A stretch of DNA of 64,000 bases from Macrostomum hystrix (GCA_950097015.1 CATNEN010000008.1:1550001-1614000), one strand, 5' to 3'; counted from the first letter of the stretch, positions 30,156-42,733 are shown. Numbers and translations are program-made. Notes: generated by a model from the letters alone, not told the origin.

Positions 30156-30504
30156 ATTAATAGGCGCTACCGATGTATTGACACTAAGTCGATTCTCATA
30201 TGTTGACTTATTAGTCTAATGTTTGTTGCACTGTAACCGTTCTTCTGGTGATATGGACTCTACGTTGAGCGCCAATTCAATTCAATATTCAATATGAAGT
30301 AAATAGTCGATATTTTGTTAGACCCTATTTTATTAAGATAGCAATGTTTCTGGTGTTCATATCAATATATCTACACGATTCGAATTGAATTCATTCTGAA
30401 TATTTTACGAGCTACATAAAGTTTTATCGTAATATTCAAACCTTTTGATTTATGCTTCTGAAGCATTGTAATTGGTGGACCTAATCATATTGATTGGCAC
30501 ACTT

Positions 30505-31555
30505 GATGCTTTGTGATTGGAGTACTTGAAGCTTCGTGGGTGGAGTACTTGAAGCTTCGTGATTGGAGTACTTGAAGCTTCGTAATTGGAGTACTTGAAG
30601 CTTCGTGATTGGAGTACTTGAAGCTTCGTGATTGGAGTACTTGAAGATTCGTAATTGGAGTACTTGAAGCTTCTTGATTGGAGTACTTGAAGATTCGTGA
30701 TTGGAGTACTTGAAGCTTCGTAATTGGAGTACTTGAAGCTTCGTAATTGGAGTACTTGAAGCTTCGTGATTGGAGTACTTGAAGCTTCGTAATTGGAGTA
30801 CTTGAAGATTCGTAATTGGAGTACTTGAAGCTTCGTGATTGGAGTACTTGAAGCTTCGTAATTGGAGTACTTGAAGATTCGTAATTGGAGTACTTGAAGC
30901 TTCGTGATTGGAGTACTTGAAGATTCGTGATTGGAGTACTTCAAGATTCGTGATTGGAGTACTTGAAGCTTCGTAATTGGAGTACTTGAAGATTCGTGAT
31001 TGGAGTACTTGAAGCTTCGTGATTGGAGTACTTGAAGCTTCGTGATTGGAGTACTTGAAAATTCGTAATTGGAGTACTTGAAGCTTCGTGATTGGAGTAC
31101 TTGAAGCTTCGTAATTGGAGTACTTGAAGATTCGTGATTGGAGTACTTCAAGATTCGTGATTGGAGTACTTGAAGATTCGTGATTGGAGTACTTAAAGCT
31201 GCGTGATTGGAGTACTTGAAGATTCGTGATTGGAGTACTTGAAGCTTCGTAATTGGAGTACTTCAAGATTCGTGATTGGAGTACTTGAAGCTTCGTGATT
31301 GGAGTACTTGAAGATTCGTGATTGGAGTACTTAAAGATTCGTGATTGGAGTACTTGAAGCTTCGTGATTCGAGTACTTAAAGATTCGTGATTGGAGTACT
31401 TGAAGATTCGTGATTCGAGTACTTAAAGATTCGTGATTGGAGTACTTGAAGATTCGTGATTCGAGTACTTAAAGATTCGTGATTGGAGTACTTAAAGATT
31501 CGTGATTGGAGTACTTGAAGATTCGTGATTCGAGTACTTGAAGATTCGTGATTGG
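30505..31555. repeat. 23-bp minisatellite GATTGGAGTACTTGAAG(C/A)TTCGT between the caspase and TRAF
   Basis: About 45 tandem copies. Confidence 0.97.
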
Positions 31556-32723
31556 TGGAATTGAATCTCGTTAATCATTTTTAGGCCTTGTGTATTAACT
31601 TGAGTTAGTGACTTAGTGATGCCAAAGATTACTAATTCAATAATGCAACCACTAAAAATGAGTAGAATCAGGACTAACTTCTTGCAGTAGTGTTCTATTA
31701 CTGACACTAATTGTTAAATTCTTGTTTGAAAATGAAAAAATAATAGTTTACACTCCTGCATGCAACCTATTCCTCACTATCTCATTAGTGAACTTGTGCA
31801 GAAATTTTTCCATAAAAGTTGCTAAAGCAAAGAGCGACTAGATGGGTTTGAATAATTCATCGACCACCTGCAGTGCCTTGTCAGAGCTGCACTGACACAG
31901 CAGCTTAAGCGTGTGCAGTTGAATCTCGTGATACGCCAGACAAGCGGGCCATCCTCCTCCCTAGCTACTATGAGGCTCGTCCACCTATTCTTCCCTACAC
32001 GGTTAATATTTGTTTTATTTAACAAATTTATTTTTTCTCCCTACTCCATTTAGTTTTCTAATTTCTGCATATTACCAGCCAAACGTGAAACAAAGTTTTC
32101 CGAATAGCCTAGATAAGCGCGGGCATTTCTGGCCTCCACCCGGCCTGGGAACAAGCGCACCTGGTGCAGCTCGTCCTTGCAGTTGTTGTTGATGACTTCG
32201 CATTAATATTGCGGAAGACGAAAAGCGCAATTAGCTGCTATTAGATGCAAATCAAATCATTGGGACTTCTGAGCACAATTCTCAAACATGAGCATGCTCA
32301 AAGTCCGCAAAATTTGCCCACTCTGACAACTGAGGGAGATTTTGCTCCATCGTTGGGAAAAGATGAGAGAGAGGCGACTAAAACTGAGAGAGCAACGCAA
32401 ATATGTGTCCCCAATGCACCGCCATCTCCCCCAGCCTTTATTCCAAAACTATAGCGTCGCGTGCCTGAACAGAAGAGAAGACAGAAATGGCCACTGTTGT
32501 ATTTGCCTTCGCCCATGGCAACCAGGCGAGGGCTATTTGGGAAGCTATCTGGATGGACTGGCTGGAATGGGGTGGTGGCGGGCAGCCGGTAGAAATACTT
32601 CAACTGGCCGACTTGCTATAGCGCAGAGAGTGCCACAGAAAATTAGAGAAAAAAAAGACAGAGAGAGACAATTTTTCCGGAAAGCTCCACATCCAAGGCC
32701 AGGCGAATCAGATCCAACTCAGC

Positions 32724-35700
32724 ATGCCGGAGCCGCAGAAGGCCCAGCCGGGTCAGAAGTCCGCCGGAGCTTCGTCGAATGTCAAGAAGGCACCGGCGGC
32801 GGTTAACAACGGCGGAACAAAATCTGGCGGCAAAGTCAGCAACGGCGGAGTCGGCAAGAGAGGCAGTGTGGCAGCGCCGCCGGCGGCGGCCGTCGAGGCT
32901 AAGGCGGATGCCGCACCGTCAGAAGAAGCACCGACTCCACCGGCCGCGTCGGCTGAGAAAGCACACGCAGCAGCCGAACCGACTACAACAGTAAAGAGCG
33001 CGTCGTCAGTGAGCACGATGCCGACCACGCCGGTGCAGCCGGTCAGGCAGGGCAGCGGCTATTCCAGAAGCAGCGCCGGCGGCAGCGGGACCAGCAACGG
33101 CGTCACCGAGGAGGTCGAAGTAATGTTTCTGGAGTCGTTGAATAAAAAGTACGAGTGCCCGGTGTGCGGCCAGGTACTCCGCTATCCGGTTCAGTTCGAC
33201 GAGTGCGGTCACAGGTGCTGCAGCGCCTGCCTGCCTGACCTGCTCAGGTAAATAGTCCGCGCCTTTTTAATGCTGCTACTTTGATGTACATGTAGGATTT
33301 TTGTAACTTTTACAGTAAGCCTTTTACCAGTTTGGGCTAATTCCAGTTTAGGATAAATCCTATTTAGGATAATTCCAGTTTGGGATAATTCCAGTTTGGG
33401 ATAATTCCAGTTTGGGATAGTCCCTGTTTGGGATAATTCTAGTCTGTGATGATTCCAGTTTGGGATAATTCCAGTTTGGGAAGTTCTAGTTTGGGATGAT
33501 TCCAGTTTGGGATAATTCCAGTTTGGGATAATTCCATTTTGGGATGATTTCAGTTTGGGATAATTCCAGTTTGGGAAATTCTAGTTTGGGATGATTCCAG
33601 TTTAGGATAATTCCAGTTTGGGAAATTCCAGTTTGGGAAATTCTAGTTTGGGATGATTCCAGTTTAGGATAATTCCAGTTTAGGATAATTCCAGTTTGGG
33701 AAATTCTAGTTTGGGATGATTCCAGTTTGGGATAATTCTAGTTTGTAATGATTCCAGTTTGGGATAATTCTAGTTTGTGATGATTCCAGTTTGGGATAAT
33801 TCCAGTTTGGGATAATTCCAGTTTCTTATAATTCCAGTTTAGGATAATTCCAGTTTGGGATAATTCCAGTTTGGGATAACTCCAGTTGGGGATAATTCCA
33901 GTTTAGGATCATTCCAGTTTGGGATAATTCTAGTTTGTTGTAATTCCATTTGGGATGATTCCAGTTTGGGATAATTCTTGTTTCTTATAATTCCAGTTTG
34001 GGATAATTCCTGTTTGGGATAGTCCCTTTTTGGGATAATTCTAGTCTGTGATGATTCCAGTTTGGGATAATTACAGTTTTGTGATAATTTTCATTGGGAT
34101 ACATCACGACAGGATAATTTAAGTTTGTGTTGTGCTCAGCAGCAATATTTCATAAAGCTGGTTATTTTATATCAAAATATAAATATTCTAGTACGTAGTT
34201 TATTAGTTACTGTCAGGATTCCTCAAATAAATAATTTTCTTCTAATAGAAAGTTTTCTGCTAAATATTTGTACTACCGTCACAGTTCTCAAAACGTCAAC
34301 TTTCTTCTCAAACCCTGATGCACAGCCACACTGACTAGCAATCCATATTTGGAGGCAAGAACAGATGGACCAAACAAAAGACTTGAAATTTCATCCACTC
34401 ACTTGGGCCCGTCTGCCAGGAAAGTCTCAAATGTTTTGGTCGTAAAAGACAACCAGAAATAATTTGCAGTTTCTTAGTCAGAGGCACTTACCTGAAACTT
34501 TATCTTTGTGCAGTTCTCGTGTGCGCAATACTGCACTATTAAAAATTTTGAGAGCGATTTGAGTGACCCTGACGATTTGAGTCTATTTAGATTTCTAAAC
34601 TCATCTCTCAGGGTGGCGCCGCGCTGTCCTCTGGATCAGATGGCCATCGACAAGGACAAGGTGTACGCGGACAAGGCCTTCCAAGCCGAGACTGACAGTC
34701 TGGGCGTCAAGTGCAGCTTCTTCGCCAGGGGCTGCAAGTGGACCGGAGTGCTCAAAGAGCTCATGGTGCGCCACTTTTTGAGGCGCCTTGATAAGGGGTG
34801 ACTAGATAAGGAATTGAGAGTGACTAGATAAGGAATTGAGAGTGACTAAATAAGTAATTGAGAGTGAATAGATAATAAACCGGGAGTGACTAGATACGGA
34901 ATCGAGAGTGACTAGATAAGGAATCAGGAGTGACTAGATAAGGAATTAAGAGTGACTAGATAAGGAATTAAGAGTGACTAGATAAGGAATCGGGAGTGAC
35001 TAGATAGGGAATCGGGAGTGACTAGATAAGGAATCGGGAGTGACTAGATAAGGAATCGAGAGTGACTAGATAAGGAATCGGGAGTGACTAAATAAGGAAT
35101 CATGAGTGACTAGATAAGGAACTGCGGGTGACTAGATAAGGAACCGGGAGTGACTAGATTCCCGCTAAAAAATAGGGATGTTTCTTTGGGTGATTCCAGT
35201 TGGAATCTGCGGTGTTTCCAGAAAAAGAAACAGCCGAACGCTGGAAACATTCCAATCGGATGATTCCATGCTTTGAATCTACCCAACTGGGCGTTTTCTC
35301 GGTGCTTGTTGGTGGCGAAATGGAATCACCCAAAGAATCCGCCAGTTCGGAAGATTCCATGTTCAGAAACCGCCGAGGAATCGCCCGCAAATAATTCTCT
35401 GGTTGTCCCATGGGCCACTGGTTCGGGTGACTCTTCGGCGGTTTCCGCACAATTTACGGTTACATCGGCTGCTTCCTGGGTGTTTTCTTTAACTCTTGCG
35501 AGATAGGGGATTTTGGTAGATTCCACTCCTATTTTGCACAAAAAACCGCCGAAGAAGCAGCCGAATTTTTTACAGGGTTAGGAATCGAACATTAATCATT
35601 CATCGGCTTATGTTTCTCGCTCAGTCTCATCTGGAGTCCTGCGACCGCATGCACACGGCCTGCCCGATGCGCTGCGGAGTGGAGTTCGAGAAGCGCTTCC

Positions 35701-37530
35701 TGCATAAGCACCGCGAAGAGGACTGCCCGAAGCGCCAGTTGGTCTGCCAGTTCTGCGAGCTGGGGATGCTGGCCCAGGACGAGCCGCAGCACCTGGAGGC
35801 TTGTCCGAAATTTCCGCTGCCCTGCCCGAACAAGTGCGGCCGAAAGGAGTTGACGCGAGACACTCTCCAGAAACACTTGGACACCGACTGCATGCAGCAG
35901 AGTCAGCCGTGCCCGTTCGCTAATTACGGATGCGAGCACATTGTGAGAACAGCGACTCGGCAAAGCCTTACATTTCACATTCTGTTCACTCGTAGACCAA
36001 CCTCAATAACCCGCACAAGTCAAAGCCTTTCCTTTCAACCCCACTTCAATTTCAAACCCTGTCCCTCTCGTAGGCCAACCTCAATACCCAAACCTAGTCA
36101 GAGCCTTTCCATTTAACCTCAATTAAATTTCAAAACCTGTCCCACTCGTAGGCCAACCTGAATACCCCACCCCAATCAAAGCCTTTCCTTTCAACCCCAC
36201 TTAAATTTCAAACCCTGTCCCTCTCGTAGGCCAACCTCAATACCCAAACCTAGCCAAAGCCTTTCCTTTCAACCCCACTTAAATTTCAAACCCTGTCCCT
36301 CTCGTAGGCCAACCTCAATAACCCACCCATTTCAAAGCTTTTACTTTCAACCCCACTTCAATTTCACACTCTGGAACAACTGTCGATTTTCAATAATCTT
36401 TCTTGATAAAACATTATTTATTATACGAAAAAGAAACCCAAATCTGCAGGGCAAGAAGCAGGACCTGCCAGCACACCTGAAGGAGCAGCAGGTGAAGCAC
36501 ATGGAGCAGCTGTGCGTGGCTGTCAGACGCAGCGAGAAGGCTCGCGAAGAGAAAGAGCGCCTGGCAGCCGAGCTGACCAAGAAGCTGGCCAGCATCGAGA
36601 CCCGCATCGCCTGCTTGGAGAAGATGTACGGGCCCCAGATGATTTGGCGCATCGACGCCTATCAGGAGCGCCTGGCCGAGGCTAAGAGCGGCAAGAAGAA
36701 CACAATTTTTAGTCCCCCGTTTCTGACGCACAGACATGGCTACAAGGATCGTTTTGTCGGCCTGTCTGTACGGCGACGGGCAGGGTGAGTTTATCATCAC
36801 AACCCTTGTTTTTGATCTTCCCAACCTTCCTTTCAAAGCCTTTCCTTTCAACCCCAATTAAAAAATCACACTCTGTCCCTCTCGAAGGCCAACCTCAATA
36901 AACCACATTCAGACACCCATCCTATTTCCTCACGACCGCAATTAAATCTCACACTCTATCCCTCTCGCAAGCCATCCTCAATACCCCACCCCTTTCAAAG
37001 CCTTTCCTTTCAACCCCAATTTACAAATCACACTATCCCTCTCGCAGGCCATCCAAAATACCCCACCCCATTTTAGCCCTTCTTTTCAACCCCAATTAAA
37101 TTTCACACTCCGTCCCTCTCGCAGGCCATCCTCAATACCCCACCCCATTTTAACCCTTCCTTTCAACCCCAATTAAATTTCACACTCTGTCCCTCTCGCA
37201 GGGCGTGGCAAGTACATGTCAGTCTTTGTATCAATCTGCAAGAGCGAAAACGATCCGCTGCTAGTCTGGCCGTTCGGTCACCGAATCACAATCTGGCTTC
37301 TTGACCAGTGCGAGGATGCCAAATCCAGGCGGCACATCAGCTACTCGCTGAAGCCCAACACCTGCAAGGAGAACAAACCGTTTCTTGGTAAGCCAATCGG
37401 CGAACGAAACGCCAGCTTCGGCGCTGTGAAATTCGTCGAACTGGAGACTTTGAACACGATGGACTACATCAAGGATGACGCGATTTTTATTAAGGTTGAC
37501 GTCGACTGTAGCAGTCTACCGGCTATCTAA
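32724..37530 (+). CDS. TRAF-family protein (RING, TRAF zinc fingers, coiled coil, MATH domain); exons 32724-33247, 34612-34765, 35625-35942, 36450-36784, 37202-37530; +1 frameshift at 36747; about 552 aa when corrected
   Basis: RING CPVCGQVLRYPVQFDECGHRCCSAC; zinc fingers CPMRCG/CPKFPLPCPNKCG; MATH domain MIWRID...SPPF.THRHGYK[g]IVLSACLYGDGQG|RGKYMSVF...WPF...YIKDDAIFIKV. Confidence 0.9.
33330..34100. repeat. 16-bp minisatellite TTTGGGATAATTCCAG in TRAF intron 1
   Basis: Tandem copies. Confidence 0.95.
34798..35158. repeat. 22-bp minisatellite GAGTGACTAGATAAGGAATCGG in TRAF intron 2
   Basis: About 16 copies. Confidence 0.95.
35975..37201. repeat. About 78-bp repeat family in TRAF introns 3 (about 35975-36375) and 4 (about 36830-37201), flanking exon 4
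   Basis: CCCTCTCG(T/C)AGGCCAACCTCAATACCC...CCTTTCCTTTCAACCCCA.TTAAATTTCA recurs every 77-83 bp. Confidence 0.9.
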
Positions 37531-38134
37531 GGGGGGTAACTAAGGACTCACCGAAGGATTAGGAGTGTAACTAAGGACTCACCGAAAGATTAGGGTGTAA
37601 CTGAAGAGTTTGTTAATCGCTGTGGTCAATGAATTTGTTAATCGAAGGTAATGAATTCGTTCAACAGCAAAATCAGAATCAGCAGCAGCAGCAGAAAACG
37701 CGTTATAATTTTTTAAACTTTCTATTCGCAAAAAATTGGTAACGCTTTGTTATTGCTCTTTGAAAATCTCTCCTCTGTGCAGAGAAACTATTTCCCGTTA
37801 TTTAGTTTTTTTTCGCAATTTTCGCTAAAAAAACTCTATTAAACTTTCTTCTCGGTGATTGCTTGCTCGTTGTCTGCTTTGTCCTTTTTTTGAATTTAAT
37901 CAATATCCGCTGGTTGTGGTTGCAATACTCTCGACTCTAAACCAAACTGTTGGACTTGGAATTGGGGCCTTGTGCACAGCCCTAGTTTAGGACTTTGCCT
38001 TGTTTGCCGTTGTTTCTGAGTTGACTTAACTGCACCCAACTAAAACTAATATTTTAATCCTTTTTTCGCGCAGACAATTTTTTTATATCGTTACGATAAT
38101 ACTATCGTATAGGTTGATAATACTATGTAGAGGT

Positions 38135-38442
38135 TGTAGACTAGTGGTTAGGGCGTCGGACTCACGACTTAAAGTTCGGGGGTTCGATTCCCGACTCCCC
38201 TGAACAATTTGTGTCCTTTAGCAAGACACTTAACTCTGCATTGCTTCAGTTCACCCAGCTGTTAAATGGGTACCAGGATCAGCTGGGATAATTGAAGGTG
38301 GGTGTGGCGTCCCCCCAGTCCATGGACTGAACAGCTGTACGCAGCCTTCAGATGCGCTGCGCATTAGCTGCGGCTGTGCTGTCGGCTGCACATCTGACCC
38401 ACTTGGGGCAGGTGTAATCAATTATTATTAATTATTATTATC
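38135..38442 (+). mobile_element. tRNA-derived SINE family 2 with a CORE/Meta-like central domain
   Basis: A box TAGTGGTTAGG, B box GGTTCGATTCCC (38181-38192), central TGTGTCCTTTAGCAAGACACTTAAC...CCCAGCTGTTAAATGGG, (ATT)n tail. Confidence 0.75.
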
Positions 38443-38479
38443 GTATAGTGTTTTCTCTTAGTCTCTCTCGTGAATATCT

Positions 38480-39445
38480 GCCTCTCTCAAGTCTCACTCT
38501 TCTATCTCAGATTCTCTCTCTCAAGTCTCACTCTCCTATCTCAGATTCTCTCTCAAATCTCACTCTCCTATCTCAGATTCTCTCTCAAATCTCACTCTCC
38601 TATCTCAGATTCTCTCTCAAGTCTCACTCTCCTATCTCAGATTCTCTCTCAAGTCTCACTCTCCTATCTCAGATTCTCTCCCAAATCTCACTCTTCTATC
38701 TCAGATTCTCTCTCAAGTCTCACTCTTTTATCTCAGATTCTCTCTCAAGTCTCACTCTCCTATCTCACAGATTCTCTCTCAAATCTCACTCTCCTATCTC
38801 ACAGATTCTCTCTCAAGTCTCACTCTCCTATCTCAGATTCTCTCCCAAATCTCACTCTTCTATCTCAGATTCTCTCTCAAGTCTCACTCTTTTATCTCAC
38901 AGATTCTCTCTCAAATCTCACTCTTTTATCTCAGATTCTCTCTCAAGTCTCACTCTCCTATCTCAGATTCTCTCCCAAATCTCACTCTTCTATCTCAGAT
39001 TCTCTCTCAAGTCTCACTCTTTTATCTCAGATTCTCTCTCAAGTCTCACTCTCCTATCTCACAGATTCTCTCTCAAATCTCACTCTCCTATCTCAGATTC
39101 TCTCTCCTAAGTCTCACTCTCCTATCACAGATTCTCTCCCAAATCTCACTCTCCTATCTCAGATTCTCTCTCAAGTCTCACTCTCCTATCTCAGATTCTC
39201 TCCCAAATCTTACTCTCCTATCTCAGATTCTCTCCCAAATCTCACTCTCCTATCTCAGATTCTCTCCCAAATCTCACTCTCCTATCTCAGATTCTCTCCC
39301 AAATCTCACTCTCCTATCTCAGATTCTCTCCCAAATCTCACTCTCCTATCTCAGATTCTCTCCCAAATCTCACTCTCCTATCTCAGATTCTCTCCCAAAT
39401 CTCACTCTCCTATCTCAGATTCTCTCCCAAATCTCACTCTCCAAT
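38480..39445. repeat. About 32-bp CT-rich minisatellite TCTCACTCTCCTATCTCAGATTCTCTCTCAAG
   Basis: Tandem copies. Confidence 0.95.
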
Positions 39446-39991
39446 CTCAAAGATTATCTTACAAGCCGCACTCTTGTGTCTCTCAGATTATTTCTCAAAT
39501 CTCGCCCGTTATACATATATTTGCACTTTTAAGAGTTACTTTGTTGAAAGCGCCCTTCTGGTAACAATAATATTAATTAATTAATCCTAAATTTATGGCG
39601 CCATGTGTCTGATGTCCTATCTGTTCTGTTCTGTTTTAAATTATATTTTCTATATTTTATTTGCACAGCTAGTTTTTAGAGTGCCTTTAAACCACCCCGT
39701 TAATTAAACTGCAGAAAAACGTAACAAAATACAAACTATTTTCCGTCGATTGCCTAGCTATTGTGTGATATTTTGACTTAGGTCTCTCTCTGCGTTGAGA
39801 TCCCTAAATGAGGTCGGGTGTCCTACTCTTTGCGAGAGATTCTATTGCCGTAACTCGAAAATAACGAAGACAAGACGATTCAGGATTCCAAGCTAAACAG
39901 CTGATATTTAAGTGTTAGTTAGTTAATAACAAGAGAAAGCTATGAATGATTAATTCCCCTGGCAGCGCTCCTTCCGTTCCCTGCCAGGTAC

Positions 39992-40813
39992 TGTACCTGA
40001 TTAAGTATTAAACTCACAATTCGCACTGGTAAAGAGCTCGCACCGCGAGCTCTACTCGAAAATACTCTGGACACAAACAAGAACTCACGAAAATAACGTG
40101 ACAATTGGCACAAATAACTCCTAGACAAACAGACAGTCCCTAAGACAAATAACACGAAACCTAACCCAAAGTCCCTAATCTGAACCGAGGCGACCAGCAA
40201 GCACTTCCGCACTATGGCACAACGATAGTTCTATCGTGCCACACCTAATGTCATGTTTGACGGCGTCCCACCGATGATTGTCGGCGATATGGAGAGTACT
40301 TCCGTGCTTGCCAATCCCTATCTAACACTCTGTCAGCAGTTGGCCAGACGTACCGAGCTCAACGCAAGCTACTTACTGACGTGGGATTGAGTGTGGGGTT
40401 TCTTCGGCTAGCTAGTTGGACCGGCTTACCTGTCCCGGTATCTATTACTCGTACTAGGATGCGTAACCACGATTGCAACGAAAGACGCACGAAAATACAC
40501 GCGAAAAGACACACGACGATAGAAACAAAATGACAACGCAATAGTCAGTTATATAGTCAAGCGCCCGCCCCAACCCTCATCAAAGCCTGGGTGCCGGCCG
40601 CGCCGCTTGTTCTTCTGCCAGGTCGACCCTGCCGGTTAACGAACTGACTGCTGATTGGCCCGGCCCGGGGTATCGCGCTTAAGTCGGTCGCATCCAATTT
40701 GGCTAGCCGTCCTCCTATTGGCTGGGCCCACCTAGACCGGGGTTAGTCCCTTGGCTGTAGAGCAGGGTGACCGGCCCATCGGCGTGCGTATGCCTGGCTG
40801 GCGCGCATGTACA
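39992..40813 (-). mobile_element. Possible LTR-like element with a promoter
   Basis: TGTAC...GTACA termini, CCAAT boxes and a minus-strand TATATAA near 40549-40555; no target-site duplication seen. Confidence 0.3.
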
Positions 40814-42099
40814 AAACAACCCTATAACCTACATTACAATAATTCATTAATGTTGAGTGCGCGAATATGTTACTTCAAGTAGAAATATACGCATTTATGA
40901 AATAAACATGACGACACTACAATTGTAACATTTGTTGATTCTTTAAACCTTAAGATATAAATCAGAAATACTAAATTTTACATGAAAAAGTCTATGCATT
41001 CAGATTTATTCGCTTTTTTTCCACGTTGCTAACTTTTGATAGCTTTCCTTAAATAAATTAAAAAGCATTAATTTCATATCGCCTACTAATAGTACACAAC
41101 TTTGCATTATTAATTCAATTTATTATTGAGCTGTTTCTCGCAATTTTGTCCATGGACTTTGAAAACATTTCGATTTGTACCATAGACCGAAGGAGACTTG
41201 TTACACTGTTTGTTCCAATTCTTGCCGGCTGTTTAATTCCTGTTAAGCATTTCTTTCGCAGGTAAACTTCCTATCAAAGAAAAAGAGAACTTTGATAGGC
41301 GCACAATGCCAGACTCAAAACCAAGCCTGCCTGCCTGCGGCTTCTCCCGTTTCTTTAGGCAACGTGACTGCGCAAATCTGGCTATTGATTTTTCTATATT
41401 AAACCGGTCTCTCCATTCTCCCCAGTCCGCCCTCAACCTCTAGGATCAATTCCAACTGAATGCTTGGTGTGAAATCAACAACTGCTATCCGAAAATATTC
41501 TTATAGCGATGAATTGAGAGAGTGAAGACACAGCGGAGTAGATTCTGGCACGCCTTTTATCCCCATTCCGCTTTTATCCCATCCGAAGCCTCTCTTTTCT
41601 TCTTTTCTTTATTCAAGTTTTTTATTCGAATCGTCTGGCTGGTTGGTATAGTTGGCTCAATTTTCTTAGATTCCCAAAATCTTTCTCCTTTTATCATTCG
41701 GAGTTTTGTTTGAGTCGACTCAAAACTACCCCCCTTGAGCGCAGGATCCTATTATAGAGATTTGAGGCAGGGAAGCTTGCTCAGCCCAATATCATCAGTT
41801 TTTTTGTTTTATTTGCCTGTTTGTGTGCCTTTTAGGAAGAAATCGAGAAGGGATTTCATTGATTCGTTCAGTTTAAATAGCGGATTCCCGCTGGAGTTGA
41901 GAGGCCCGCGCAAACCAGGAGCAGAAGTTGAGGATCGTCCAACCTAGAGAATATTTTGCAGGTTTGGTCCCGAATTATCCTAAATTTAAAGCTAACTTCT
42001 GTTAATTAATCTCTGCGATAAGCAACAGAATGTAAGTCTACCTGGATTATATTTTTATTTGCGAAATTAATCCAGTTGCGGCACACATACCGAATCCCG

Positions 42100-42665
42100 C
42101 ATCACTTATTTCATATACATCTCATATCTTATATCGCAAATCCGACATCTATAATCCCGCATCCCACATGCCGCATCGCGCATCCCGTATCCCAACTTCC
42201 CACATTCCACATATTCCACATCCCATATCCCATATCTCACTTCCCATATCCCACATCCCACATCCCACACCCAATATCCCACATCCCATAACCCACATCC
42301 CACATCCCACTCCCCACATCTCACATCCCACATCCCACATCCGATATACCACATCCCACATCCGATATCTCACATCCCACTTCCCGCATCCCACATCCCA
42401 TATCCCACATCCCAAATCCCACTCCCCACATCCCACATCCCACATCCCACATCCGATATTTCAGATCCCACATCCCACTTCCCGGATCCCACATCCCGCA
42501 TCCCATATCCCACATCTCACATCCCGCGTCCCACATCCCATATCCCACATCCCATATCACACTCCCCACATCCCACATCCCACATCCCACATCCGATATC
42601 CCACATCCCACATCCCACATCCCGCATCCCACATCCCGCATCCCACATCCCGCATCCCAAATCCC
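42100..42665. repeat. 7-bp (CCCACAT)n satellite just upstream of the secreted-peptide ATG
   Basis: Visible repeats. Confidence 0.92.
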
Positions 42666-42733
42666 AAAACCTACATTTCGATTCGAAAGGACTAATCCCT
42701 AAGTACAAATTCAAACGCCCCTACTACCACACA

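Noticed and set aside
29789-36747. Euplotes-style genome-wide programmed +1 frameshifting
   Set aside because: The two sites share no motif, neither is followed by a stop codon, and AASS, PSMA6, BTBD10 and the GT31 gene have none.
37125-37201. Rescue of the TRAF frameshift by using the decoy acceptor 77 nt upstream (1+77=78 nt)
   Set aside because: The arithmetic restores the frame, but the included segment has an in-frame TAA (CCC AAT TAA).
38135-38200. Functional tRNA gene
   Set aside because: A and B boxes are present but the acceptor and anticodon stems do not pair, and the sequence continues into a SINE body with a tail.
42100-42665. Interstitial telomere
   Set aside because: The unit is CCCACAT, not CCCTAA, and it is degenerate.
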